In this document: positions 13,782 to 25,684 of the stretch, in pieces
How the letters are laid out: each line of letters opens with the position of its first letter
Position numbering within the stretch: position 1 is the stretch's first letter
Source of the DNA: Camelus ferus
Lineage: Eukaryota
DNA: 64,000 nucleotides
Direction: 5' to 3'
NCBI RefSeq assembly: GCF_009834535.1
Contig: NC_045712.1
Coordinates: forward strand, 39,060,001-39,124,000
Position numbers and translations under genes: made by a program
The notes under the pieces: generated by a model
Told to the model about the DNA's origin: nothing
What the model saw: only the letters and a program-made list of their open reading frames with translations
Databases searched by the model: none

Positions 13782-13960
13782 TTTATTGAGCTATAATTTG
13801 CATACAATAAAATGCACCCATTTTTAAATTTTAAAATGTATACAATTTTTAAAGATTACTCTCCATTTACAGTTATTACAAAATATTGGCTATATTCCCC
13901 ATGTTGTACAATACAGTATGTTCATGTTCCAGATTTTCATAGAGATACCAAATAACTCCC
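13782..13960 (-). mobile_element. L1 3'-end fragments (L1MB/L1MA9-like)
   Basis: ttttattgagctataatttgcatacaataaaatgcaccc and ccatttacagttattacaaaatattggctatattcccc. Confidence 0.7.
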
Positions 13961-16304
13961 TTGCTCTGTACCTTCCCGTCAACAGTGGATGTGAGGGTTC
14001 TCACTGATTTTCATCTCTTTTCCAAGGTGATGGACAAATGGGGGTGGACAGTATACTTTCACCCCCCAGTTACAGAGCTACAGTAATAAGTAAATAAATT
14101 TGTGTTTAGAATTCCTAATAATCTCAAGGTGTGGGTGAAGGCTCCCCTCACTCACTGGGAGTGAGCTCATGAAGCAAGGCAGGTGGTGGCCGGAAGGGGC
14201 CAACATGGTGGTGGAAGAGTTAGAACACGTCCGTGTCATGGCTGAACCCTCACCAGTGCCCACCATCCACGGCTGAGCTTTCGCAAGGCACAAAAGGCAA
14301 CTTCTCAATTATAACATTTGGAAGCCTGAGTAGAAGCTTCTGATGGGTACTGACAGGAAGGAAGCCTCTGGTGCCAGAAGCTGCTGGCACCCTCTTCAGG
14401 AGGGTCCCACTTCGGACCCGGCAGTTCCAACATGCTTCTCAGCCGTTCATCTCTTTGCCCACATTCATCACTCCCTGCTCCAAGTTTCCACCCCACAAGA
14501 CATTCTTCCACTGTGGCCCCCACAGATATTCCCATGAGCCCTCTGGAGCCATAGTCCACCACCAACAAGCTTCTCCAGCCCTCAGCCTCTTCACAGGCGT
14601 CTGACTGTGTGTAAGCCTTGCCCCTCCCTGGTAACACCACCTCATCTGTTACCCACTGAGCTGGGTGATGCTCAGGTTTGTTGCCCTCCCTTTATTAGGG
14701 AAGTGCATGGGGTGGAAGTGGCATCCGAGTGCAGGCCCCGTCCCTTTCAGTCAACAGCGCTGACTCCTTCCTAAAGGGGTGGGAGTTGTGGCTGCCAACA
14801 GAATAGAGCAAGAGAAGAAACAATGCGGCAGCAGGAGGTGGTTGGACAGAAGGTGGGTGGGGAAGGAAAAGTTGGGGAGTGACATGGTCAACCAGCCACC
14901 GCTCCTGGAGCCACCTAGTGGCCTGCAGGTGGAGTTTGCCCACCTTGCATGAAATGGTGTTGTCGCAGTGCTCATGTGTATTTCACATTCCACGCAGCTC
15001 GAGGGCTCCGAGACTTTGTCTCACCCTTGCAAAAGCATGGACCAGAAGCTCATGGCATACAAGAAATGGGTTTAAGTCTAATGGGAGATTTAATACTCCG
15101 CGATTCCTGTCTGCTGCTGCTTCATTCGTTGTTAATGGAAATTTGTGGTTCATGAGAGAATTCAGATAGGTATATTTTCTATTCGGAAGTATTTTCAGAA
15201 TACTTTATTGTTACGATGGGTAAAAGGAGGATGTGGAAGGATTTTGTGGAGCACATCCAATTACTTCAGTTTAAATTCGAAAACCTTTCAGGGCTATATC
15301 GTCTTGTGCTAAGAACGTGCTTCCAAGAATAGGAAAACGAGTTCAGTGGAATCTTTGTTAAACTTGTCCTGAGAACAGATTTTTCTGAAGTGTGTCTGTC
15401 TCAGCCCTTTAAGGAGATTTGCCTGCTGCACGGACCATATTGGACAATAGTCTCCATTGTGAGGGTCTCTTGACGAGGACTCCAGGATCAGCATTTATAA
15501 CAGGTCTCGCGGGCTTTTGCATTTCTATTTCACAAGTAACAAAGGTCGTATGTAGCACAGTGGGGATTTGTCGTAATCGCCCCTTTTATAGGTAATAAGC
15601 CGGGAACAAAATGAGAGTTCCTGACCCTTCTTCCAGCATTCATCCATCCGCTGTCTTTGTTGCCAGGAACTCAGCGTCACTCCGTGAAAAGGAGGCAGAG
15701 AAACTTGAGTGATTGTTCCCAGATCACACAGTAGCTCCCACAGAAGTCGGAAGCGGTGGGGGGTTGGGGCGGGCCTCGAGTCTCGGCTGACCAGGTCGTA
15801 AGCCCCTCAGGCCACAGGTCTACGATTGTCTAGCTGTCCCCGGGGCACTGAGCGTTGCAAGGTGCAGCTTCTCCGAACACATTAGTTCATTTGATTTCCA
15901 CCTGGTGCTGATCTCCTCCTTGCAGTTGATTTAATTTCAGGATGTAATTTGTAGGTTAGAGATGGAGGACAAAAAGTGTGTTGTGAACCAGGAGCCTGTA
16001 GGAAACATGTATTGATTCTAACGTAAAACATAAGCACATTTTTGCAGGAAGTTCTCTACCTGTCATGGTGAGCTGGGATACGTGTGGCCAGCAGTGTCTG
16101 CTCTGCGGTATTTCGAGTGCTCAGTTATTCATCACAGTGTCAAGTTCAAGTCTTTTAACCTATTTTTCTCTCTGAATTTATTTCAGAGCTTGCCTCTCGA
16201 TTAGATTCAGCATCAGCTAATTTAGCTTTCTAGTTCCTGTTAAACAGCATCGATACATTGAGATAATGATGTACCAAAACATATCAAACTTATAGAATGG
16301 TGAT

Positions 16305-16332
16305 AGACTGGTGGACGCAGACTGGTGGACGC
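16305..16332. repeat. 14-bp perfect tandem duplication (AGACTGGTGGACGC)x2
   Basis: Read directly: 16305-16318 = 16319-16332. Confidence 0.95.
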
Positions 16333-17849
16333 ATTGTCACGGTGCATTATAGGTGTCTCTGGAGCAAGACTTATAAGTACTGGAAATACTGGAAAGCTTT
16401 GAGTATGAGAAATCCACACTGACTAACTGCATTTCCTTCATAAGAACACTGCTGTTCCCTCGCCCTACGACCACCACCGCCTCAGACGTGCAGAATCAAG
16501 TCGATCCTCCTCTTGGATTCACGGCGCAGTCATCTCTGCTTGTGTTTTGTTTATTTCCACTTTTCTGGCCCTTCCCCTGCCTAGGTAGCCATGCTGGAAC
16601 ATTCTGGGTGTGTCCTTCCTCACCCCTCGTTTATTTAAATTGTGTGGCTTGTGTGTGTGTTTTAATTTATGTACATGGATTTGGGTTCTGAATCTACCCA
16701 ATTATTTTTTGCTCCATATTATGTTTGTTACCTGTCTATGTTGTTGTATATAAATCTGGTTCATTGCATTGTACTGCTGCCTAAATTTCCAACTTTGAAA
16801 TATACCAGAATTGACTCATCCATTCTCCTGGTGATGGACACCTGCCTCTGGCTCTTTGCTTCTAAAGCCATTGCTGCATGAGAATGCAGAGCCTGGTACT
16901 TGCTCCCTTGTGGATGTGTACACGAGCTTACGTCAAAGCACAGGTGGAGGGAGAGTGCCCAGGTTTAGCAGATGTTTAGCATCTTGAAGGTAAAAATTAG
17001 TGCCACCAGCGTAATGTAGAACTCTTGGAGCTTCAAAATATACACACTTTGTATAACAGGTGACATCCAAAAGGGCAATTAGGATCACTGTTAATTATAA
17101 ACTGTACTGTGTGAAGATCCTATTTTTGTGGTGACCTTTTCCTTTTCTCCTAAGGACTCTGCAGGTGTTGCTGACTGTTGCTCCTTGCTGAGCGCTCAGT
17201 TCCCAGGGAGGGAGCCAACCCAAGTTGTCTGAGGAGTGCGCAAAGTAGTGCATTGATTCCTATTTAAAGAAATTAATTATTTCATCAGGTAGCAGGTATT
17301 TAAGTGTTTTTTGGGTTTTTTTTTTTTTTAAGTGTTAAATATTCTCTTTACTTTTCTCCACGCAACAGAAGTTAGAGTGAACGCAATTCTTTGTTGCTGT
17401 TGCACTTGGACCTTAGTCTAGAGTAGCTGGTCTGGAGCACATTGTTCTACAGTGTAAATGCTGCATTGTGACCACAGGGTGTAACAATTTGTTTTGTGTG
17501 TGTCTTTTTCATCTTTGTCCGTAAGACCTAGAGTCAGAGCCTGGTCCCAAAGGAGAAAAAAAGTTTGGAATGAGTGTTTGGTTATGTTGTTATGTTTGGA
17601 AATTTTGCACGCACAGCGAAGGTCAGACAGGCAGCACCCATGCAGTTCTAGGAGGGGCCCCCAGATGGTAAAAGGGGAAAAGAGGAACCCACTAGTCAGA
17701 TCAGTTAAATTCAGCTGATCCGAAGAGGGGTCAGTGGGATGGAAGATGCCCAGGGAGACAGCTCTCTTCTCCTGCTGACCAGCTGATATCCAGGTGCATC
17801 CTGGCTCCCCCCAGGGCACTCACCTCTATGCCTTGAGGACTTAAAGGTC

Positions 17850-18366
17850 TGGCTGCAAACCCTGTCTCTAATACATGTCCCTGTCCATCCTTCACTGCCA
17901 GAGCAGCCAACTTCTTATCTCTCTCCTCCACTGACCCATCTGCCCCCGACCTCAGCCCCCTCACCTCCAGTCTTACCCTTGACCTCATTCCTGCCATACA
18001 GCCATGTGACTGGCCTCATTTTAATTCCTAAATGGGAATTAAATGGGGATCATTCCCATCGACGCACAAACATGCCTTTATTTCTCCCATCTTGACCTCT
18101 CATCTCCCTCCAATTTTTGCCCCATTTTTCTTTACGCAAAACTCCTTTTAAAAAGTTGTCCATGATCACTTTCTCCAAGTATTCTTCTTCGTTGTCTCTT
18201 GAACCACCCCTCCACCTCAACGCCACTCCTCAAGGTGACTAGTAACCAGCAGCCTGCTAACACACAGTCATTTCTCATCTGACTTGACCCCTCTCTCCTG
18301 GGAACACTTTTCTCATTTGGCTTTCTGGACCCTATATCACTCACTTTTCTTCCTGCCTCTCTGCAG
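17850..18366 (+). mobile_element. L2 LINE fragment
   Basis: C/T-rich L2 ORF-region text: ctcaaggtgactagtaacc...cttgacccctctctcctgggaacacttttctcatttggctt. Confidence 0.7.
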
Positions 18367-18828
18367 TATATACCCAATGGAAAAGAAAACGTATCCACAA
18401 AAATTTTGTACATAAATGTTCATAACAGTATTTTTTATAATAGCCTCCAAATGGAAACAACCCAGACATCCATCAGCTGACAAATGGATAGGTGAAATGG
18501 GGTTCACCCATACAATTGAGTATTATTAGGCAGTAAAAAGAAATGAATTACTAGTACCCACTGTACACTATGGCTGAAACTTGAAAACACTGTGCTAAGC
18601 AAAAAGCCAGTCACAAGGGACCACGTATTACGTGATTCCATTTATATAAAATATACAGATTAGGCAAAGCTGTAGATGCAGAAAGCAGACTAATGATTGT
18701 TTAGGACTTGGGGAGATGGGGGGGTTGGTAGGTGATGATGGCTAAACGGAATGGTTTTTTTGGAAATGTAAAGGAAAATGTTCTGAAATTGGCTGTGGTG
18801 ATGGTTGCACAACTCTGTGAATATACTG
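18367..18828 (+). mobile_element. L1MB-like 3' end
   Basis: aaatggaaacaacccagacatccatcagctgacaaatggatag...gattccatttatataaaat...gtggtgatggttgcacaactctgtgaatatact. Confidence 0.85.
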
Positions 18829-18849
18829 TTACAAGCCTGGAGAGTGTTA

Positions 18850-18965
18850 CGTAAGCCTGTTTTAGAATTTCCTTGTAGTCTATTTCATTAGTAACAAATC
18901 TTTAGCCTTTGAGGGCGGATTTGACTTTTAGAATAGGAAAAATAATTTAGTGCCAAATCTTAGGA
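18850..18965. mobile_element. Ancient mariner-type DNA transposon fragment (MARNA-like)
   Basis: tttgagggcggatttgacttttagaatagg...gccaaatct resembles recalled MARNA text. Confidence 0.45.
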
Positions 18966-19284
18966 TTTTACCTAGTGGCCAAACTGCCTTATACAGCAAG
19001 TGTGCATGCTGTCCGCATGACTTATCACTGCCCACCTGGCTGGAGAAGTGACTGTCGGATTTCTCCACTGTAAACTTATTCTTGTTTCGCCCTTTTCATA
19101 TGGTGCTTTTCAGAAGGCAGTCCCTGTGTGCAGCTCACACTTAGGGAGTGGGGAATTATGCTCCACCTCCTTGAGGGCTGTCTATATAAATTACTTGGAA
19201 TTCTTCCACAAAGGGTATTCGCCTCTTCTCCCCATTTATGTATTTATTCAGTCATTTATTTGTATCACTATAGACTCATGATAT

Positions 19285-19318
19285 TTATTTTATATTTTGA
19301 GTTATTTTATATTTTGAG
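19285..19318. repeat. 17-bp perfect tandem duplication (TTATTTTATATTTTGAG)x2
   Basis: Read directly. Confidence 0.95.
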
Positions 19319-19419
19319 TTATCATGCAATATGACTTTATTCTGTTGCTCAAACTGTTCCAGCTTTGGCCATTATGGGCTCTCTTAGTTGGCTTCTGAGT
19401 CCCTTTGACACACCCTCAC

Positions 19420-19440
19420 TGTGTGTGTGTGTGTGTGTGT
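19420..19440. repeat. (TG)10 microsatellite
   Basis: Read directly. Confidence 0.95.
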
Positions 19441-19599
19441 TATTTTTGAGTACCTCCTTATTTTCTGGCACTATAAGATATTCCAGGCTCATTTTATATA
19501 TTTTCTGCCCCCTCCTAGAATCAGCCAGTTCTCCAGGGAGCTCAGGTTTTATTTGTTTGTTTTTAGTTGGAGAACAGTATTAGTAAACCAAGATCTGTG

Positions 19600-22230
19600 T
19601 GCCTCCCTTTATTTTTAACCTTATATTTAGGATTGGTTTCTTGCAGAGAACAGAGAGCTGAGCCTTCCTTTTTTATCCTTTCTGATATTCTCTGTCTTTT
19701 TATTGGTATATTTAGGCCATTCATATTTAAAATGATTATTGATATAGTTGGATTAATATATACCGTGTTTTTCAGTTTTCTGTTTGCTATATTTGTTCTC
19801 TATTTATTTTTTCCCTTTTTTCCTGCTTTCTCTAGTTTTACTTAAGCATTTTGTATGATTCCATTTTATCTCCTCTCTTAGTCTATCAACTATAATTCTT
19901 TTTTAAAAAATTTGTAGTGGTTTGGCAAAGAGTTTAAAATACACATTTTTAACTAATCTAAGTCCACCTTCAAATAATCCTATACCAACCACCTCATATG
20001 TAGTGTAGGCGCTTATAACAAAGGAGTCCCAGTTCCCCCTTGTTGCTTAAAACATGGCTATCATTCATTTTATTTATCCATATGCCGTAATCACCCAACA
20101 ATAGTTACTGCTTTAAAAAAGCAGTTATCTTTTAGATTAATTAAGAATAAGAAAAATAAAATGTTTTGTTTTACCTTCAGTTATGCCTTCTCTGACACTT
20201 TCTTTCTGTAGATTCAGGTTTCTGACCCACATCATTTTCCTTCTGCTTGAAGAGCTTGTAACATTGCCTGTAGGCAGGTCTGGTGGCAGTACACTGTCAT
20301 TCAGCATTCAGTCATTCATTCTCTCTCTCTCTCTCTCAGACTTATAGAATAATAACTTCTAAAATAATAGAAAGTTTTTATTTCTCCTTCACTTTTGCAA
20401 GAGAAATTCGCTGAATATAAATTCTAGCTTAGTGGTGATTTCTTTCCACACTTGGAATATTTTGCTTCATTCTTTTGCTTTGCATGGTTTCTGATGATAA
20501 GTCTGCTGTATTTTTATTCTTGTTCCTTTAGAGGCAAGGTGTTTTTCTCCTCTCTTCTCTCAAGGTTTTTCTCTTTGTCTTTGGTTTTTTGCAATTTGAA
20601 TGTGATATGACTGGGTGTAGATATTTTAGTATTAGCTCCATGTTTTTTGAGCTTCCTAGATCTTTAATTTGATGTCTGTCATTTGTTTTGGAAATTTCTC
20701 AGCCATTCTTTCTTCAGATACTTCTGCTCCGTTCTGACCTTGTTCTTCTGGTATCATAATTACACACATGCTACACCCTTTAATACTGTCCCACAGTTAA
20801 TGGCTATTTCCATCTTTTTTTTTTTTAATTCTTTCCTCTTAGCATTGCAGTGCCGGAAATTTCTTTTGACTTATTTCCAAGATTGCTGGGTTTCCCTCAG
20901 CTGTGTTCAGTGCTCTGACGAGCCTTTCAAAGGCATTCTTCATTTCTGTTAGTGTTTTTGATTTCTAGCAACTCAATTTGACTGTTTCTTGGATTTTCCA
21001 TTTGCTTCCATTATCCATCTGTTCTTGCATTTTGCCTACTTTTACCATTAAAGCCCTTCACATAGTAATCATAGTTATTTTAAATTCCCTGCCTGATAAT
21101 TCCAAAATCTGTTATATCTGAATCTGGTTCTGATGGTGTGTCTAGAGTGTGTTTTCCTTTCCTTTTGGCATGCCTTGTAATTTCTTGTTGAAAGTCAGTC
21201 ATGGTCTATCAGGCAGCCGATGAGGTAAATGGGCCCTTAGTTTGAGAATTTAGTCTAGCTGGGAGTTGGGTTGTATTCAGCGTTTATGCTGGCTGTAGGT
21301 ACCAGAGGCTGTAAGTTCCTCTCATGTCCTCCTCACTGTGGGCTTCCCTATGTTTTTCTGCTCAAGAGAGTCTGTGTCTTGCATCTAATGTAACTGTAAT
21401 CCACTGCTGTTGTACCGGAGCCCTGATGGTATGTGATTATGTGGAATAATGTTGGGGAGGGGATGCATTCTGCAATCTTCCCATTAAATCTCAGTCTTAC
21501 TTAGTAGCGCACTGTTTCAGGACTGTGTCCTCCACCAGTATCCCTCCACTGGTGTAGCTCTTCCACCAGCCTCCTTCCCCTTCCCTTTCTGCAGAGTTCT
21601 CAGTCTATTTTCTTGTTGACTATGTTTCCTTTTTGTTTTTATTTCTCCCTAGGTGAGACAGGAAGGCTGGAGGGGGCTGGAGCAGGGAGGAATTTCCTTA
21701 CTCCAGCGTGAATCAAGTTTCAGAATTTTCCCCTGGCTAAGTCCTTAAGCTTGGAGAGTAAGCCTTTGTTGTGGAGAGGGCTCTGAGCAGCAAGTCCTCA
21801 TACCTACTCCTCCCCTCCCCCTGTAAGATCCATGGCAGGGATCCTTCTGGTATCCTCACCATGGAAACCCAGTAGAGTTCCTGGAGGGAAAGCCTGTGAA
21901 AGTGTGAGGGCCCCCCTAAGACTGCAACCCTTAGGGGTTTCTCACCCTCGCTAGTCACACTCAACCACTAGCAATTTGTCGCAATTACCAGTTAAGTGTT
22001 CCTGCTAGTTTCTGGCTCCAGCAGCCTCTGTTCCAGCTAAGTAGGTCTTGGTTGTTCTATCTCTCTGGATGTACCTGTCTCTCCAGATTTTGGGGTGGCG
22101 GTTTGCCCTCAGTTCTCAGACAGGCCCAAGAAAGTCATTAATTTTCAGTTGGTCCAGCCTTTTCAGGTTGTATTGACAGGAGTGGTATCTTCCAAGCTCT
22201 GTACATGTTGGAGCTGAAACCAGAAGTGCT
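19600..22230 (-). mobile_element. L1 5' portion (inter-ORF/ORF1/5'UTR; L1M3/M4 or L1MD-type), decayed
   Basis: ttggtatatttaggccattcatatttaaaatgattattgatatagttgg... continuing to the 5'-end signature tccaagctctgtacatgttggagctgaaaccagaagt (about 22190-22227). Confidence 0.8.
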
Positions 22231-22717
22231 TCTAAGTCATTTTTGAGGCGTTTCATTTGGTTTTGTATAAATTTGTCAGTTACAGAAATAGTAAACGGAA
22301 GCGTATGTTCAGTAGTAAATATGATAAATCTTGCTTCAGGGAAACATACAAAGCAGAGGGTTTCAATAACTAAGCAGACCAATTATTTGCTCGATGACTG
22401 TGGCAGTGAAAGGTCCGCAGTGGGGCAGGCAGAGATCAGCACCCCACCCCTTTCTGCCCAGTCTATCAGGCTTGTCTTCTCTGCAGAGTCTGAGATGCAG
22501 TTTAGGACCTTTCTGTCATCCATCACCTAGTTAATTACCTGATGTCACTGGTGTAGTTTGGTGCCTGAAATGTAAAACCTATTAGATCCTGGCACAAGTT
22601 CTCGATTTAGAAGTATATTTTGGTTGGAAACATTTGTTCAGAGTGAGAACTGCAGACAGTGACATTCCACAGAACATTTATAAAATGAGCATATAACCAG
22701 TATTAATTGAATTGGAG

Positions 22718-22741
22718 TGAAGACTTACATGAAGACTTACA
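22718..22741. repeat. 12-bp perfect tandem duplication (TGAAGACTTACA)x2
   Basis: Read directly. Confidence 0.95.
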
Positions 22742-22867
22742 AAGAGCAAAATTAAGAGGAGTTGCTTTCTCTTTTCATTTCTAAGCGGATACCGTTTGAT
22801 TTTTAGGAGGCTCCATTGAAGGACCCTAATGTTCTCTGCTGTAATTCTTTCTTCAAAAAAATAATTA

Positions 22868-23005
22868 GGGTGGGAGGGTATAGCTCAAGTGGTAGAGCAC
22901 ATGCTTAGCATGTATGAGGTCCTGGGTTCAACCCCCAGTACCTCCATTAAAAATAAATATATAAACCTAATTACCTCCCCCTGCTGCGAAAATAAAAAAT
23001 AAAAT
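22868..23005 (+). mobile_element. tRNA-derived camelid SINE (Vic-1-like)
   Basis: gggtgggagggtatagctcaagtggtagagcacatgcttagcatgtatgaggtcctgggttcaacccccagtacctcc, with Pol III A-box (TAGCTCAAGTGG), B-box (GGTTCAACCC) and an A-rich tail. Confidence 0.9.
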
Positions 23006-23109
23006 AGCTGATTAGCTAAATTGCTGTTACTAAGGTCTAGAGTCCCAAATTGAGTTAAAGATGACCAGAAAGCCCAATTTGACAAAATAGTAGCATAGTA
23101 ACTTCAGAA

Positions 23110-23357
23110 ATGAGTGTTTCTGTAGGGCAGTTTGAGATGGCAATGCAAGAAAATCCTGAGCTCACCTCCTCCTACGGACACATCAAGTCTTCAGCTCATG
23201 TGGAACAATTCCCTCTGAAAAAGACCTGAAAATAGCTGACTAGCTTCTTCACATCAAACCAGAAGAGGGCCACGTCAGGATGGGTAGGAAAGGCAGAGAC
23301 ACAGTCTCGCCAAAAACCCCACCCCTGGTGCTGCAACCCACAGTCAAGAGGGATCTC
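23110..23357 (+). mobile_element. L1 5'UTR fragment (L1M2-type)
   Basis: gagatggcaatgcaagaaaatcctgagctcacctcctcctacggacac...ccctctgaaaaagacctgaa resembles L1 5' ends. Confidence 0.65.
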
Positions 23358-24060
23358 ACACACTTTAGATGCCAGTCGCAGGCCCAGGTTATCACCTGCG
23401 CTTGACTGACTGACCAGCTATAGAGTGGAGGTTCCAAAGACCCCCTCTTTGGACTTTGGATGACAGATGCAAGTACAGCTTGTTAACTGGCCCTCGGACT
23501 GACGTGCTATAAATTGGAGGTTCCCACGACCCCCTCCACCAGTTTGATTAATCTGCTAAACAGCTCACAGAACTCAGGAAAAGCTTGCTCGCATTTACTG
23601 GTTTATTATAAAAGGCTATGCTAAAGGTTGCAGATGAACGTCAAGGTGGAAGAGATGTGTAGGGAAAGATATGTGGGAAAGGGCGTGGAGCTTCCATGCC
23701 CTCCCCAGGTAAGCCCCTCTCCCAGCATCTCCATGTGTTCACCAACCTGGAACCTCTCCAAACTGTACTTTTGGGATTTATGAAGGCATCATCATGTTGG
23801 CATGATTGATCCTTAACTCTGTTTCAGCTCTTCTCCCCTCTCAAGAGAATGGGAGGTAGGGCTAAAAATTCCAATCCTATAATATTAGTTTGGTCTTTCT
23901 AGTGACCAGCCCGCATCCAGGAGCCATGTAGGAGCCCACCCAGAGTTACTTCATTAGAACAAAACACACTCCTGTGACTCAGGAAATTACACGGGCTTCA
24001 GGAGCCCTGTGCCAGAAACCGGGAGCATAAACCAATACATATTTTGTATTATCTCACGCA
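23358..24060 (-). mobile_element. MER21-family solo LTR
   Basis: gctataaattggaggttcccacgaccccctcc...ctcacagaactcagg...gtgaccagcccgcatccagg...ctgtgccagaaaccggg...tattatctcac. Has an internal ~92-bp degenerate duplication (23361-23451 / 23452-23545). Confidence 0.85.
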
Positions 24061-25684
24061 CCCTGAATAGCCAAAGCAATCTTGAGAAAGAAGAACAAAG
24101 CTGGAGGCATTACACTTCTTGATTTTAAGCTACATTACAAGGTTGTAGGAATCAAACAATATGGTATTGGCATAAAAACAGACATGTCAGCGGAACAGAA
24201 TAGACAGCCTAGAAGTAAACTCAAATATATATGGTTAATTAATTTACAACAAAGGAGGCAAGAATATACAAAATGGGCAAAAGTCAGTCTCTTCAATAAA
24301 TGATGTTGGGAAAACTAGACAACTACATGCAAAAGAATGAAGCCAGATGACTGCCTTACACCATACCCCCCAAATTAACCCAAAATGGAGTAAAGACTTG
24401 AATCTAAGACCTGAAGACCGTAACAGAGAGTGGCTTCCTCCTAGAAGAAAACACAGGTTGTAAACTTCCTGACATCAGTCTTGGCAATGAATTTTTGGAT
24501 CTGACAAAAGCAAAGGCAACAAAAACAGAAATAAACAAATTGGACTACTTGAAACTAAAATGTNNNNNNNNNNNNNNNNNNNNNNNNNNNNNNNNNNNNN
24601 NNNNNNNNNNNNNNNNNNNNNNNNNNNNNNNNNNNNNNNNNNNNNNNNNNNNNNNNNNNNNNNNNNNNNNNNNNNNNNNNNNNNNNNNNNNNNNNNNNNN
24701 NNNNNNNNNNNNNNTTTAAAAATGTGCAGAAGNNNNNNNNNNNNNNNNNNNNNNNNNNNNNNNNNNNNNNNNNNNNNNNNNNNNNNNNNNNNNNNNNNNN
24801 NNNNNNNNNNNNNNNNNNNNNNNNNNNNNNNNNNNNNNNNNNNNNNNNNNNNNNNNNNNNNNNNNNNNNNNNNACAAGTAATAAGTTTTGGTGAGGGAGG
24901 GTATGGAGAAAGGGGAACACTTGTACACTCTTGGTGGGAATGTAAATTGATGCAGCCACTGTGGAAAACAATTTGTAGTTTCCTCAAAAATGTTTAAAAA
25001 GAACTACCATATGATCCAGCAATTACACTTCTGTGTATCTATCCAAAGAAAACTAAAACACTAATTCAAAAAGAATATGCACCCCAGTGTTCATTGAAGC
25101 ACTATTTACAACAGCCAAGACGTGGAAACAACTTAAGTGTCCATCAGTAGATGAATGGATGAAGATGTGATGTGTACACTCCCCGACACCACACACACAC
25201 GGAATACTCTCAGCCGTAGAGAGGAATGGAATCTTGTCATTTGTGACAACATGGATGGACCTCGACGGCATTGTGCTAAGTGAAATAAGTCAGAGAAAGA
25301 GAACTACCGTATGTGGAATCTAACAAACTAACAAAACAAAAACCAAGCTCGTAGATACAGAGAACAGTTTGGTGATTGCCGGAGAGGAGGGGGCTGGTGG
25401 GCAAAATGTTGAAGGGGGTGAGAAGGCACAAACTTCCAGTTATAAAATAAGTGAGTCATGGAGAGGTCAAGTACAGCGTGGTGACAATAGCTAGTAATAC
25501 TGTACTGCATAAGAGTTCTCTTCAAAGTTCTCAGAACAAGAAAAAAATGTCATTACCATGCGTGGTGATGATGGTAACCAGACTTACTGTGGTGATCCTT
25601 TTGCAGTGTATACAAGTAGCCAGTCATTTGTGGTACATCTGGAACCAATACAATGCTATATGTCAGTTATACCTCAGTAAAAGA
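24061..25684 (+). mobile_element. L1 ORF2 3' part plus 3'UTR (L1MA9-like), decayed, with N-runs 24564-24714 and 24733-24873
   Basis: ORF-track peptides KKNKAGGITLLDFKLHYK and [19 protein letters not shown] are L1 ORF2 C-terminal motifs. Ends ...atacaatgctatatgtcagttatacctcagtaaaa. Confidence 0.92.

Larger units (their letters stand above)
19017..19600 (-). mobile_element. L1MC4-like 3'UTR
   Basis: ggatttctccactgtaaa...ttagggagtggggaattatgctccacctccttgaggg...ctcaaactgttccagctttggccatt. Contains a 17-bp duplication and a (TG)10 tract. Confidence 0.8.

Noticed and set aside
22868-22945. tRNA gene (also 44300-44384)
   Set aside because: A/B boxes are present, but the body continues into a SINE-specific tail with A-rich end and TSD-like flanks. 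It is a tRNA-derived SINE.
23361-23545. ~92-bp degenerate tandem duplication as a novel repeat
   Set aside because: It lies within the MER21 LTR and, as recalled, is part of that family's internal structure.
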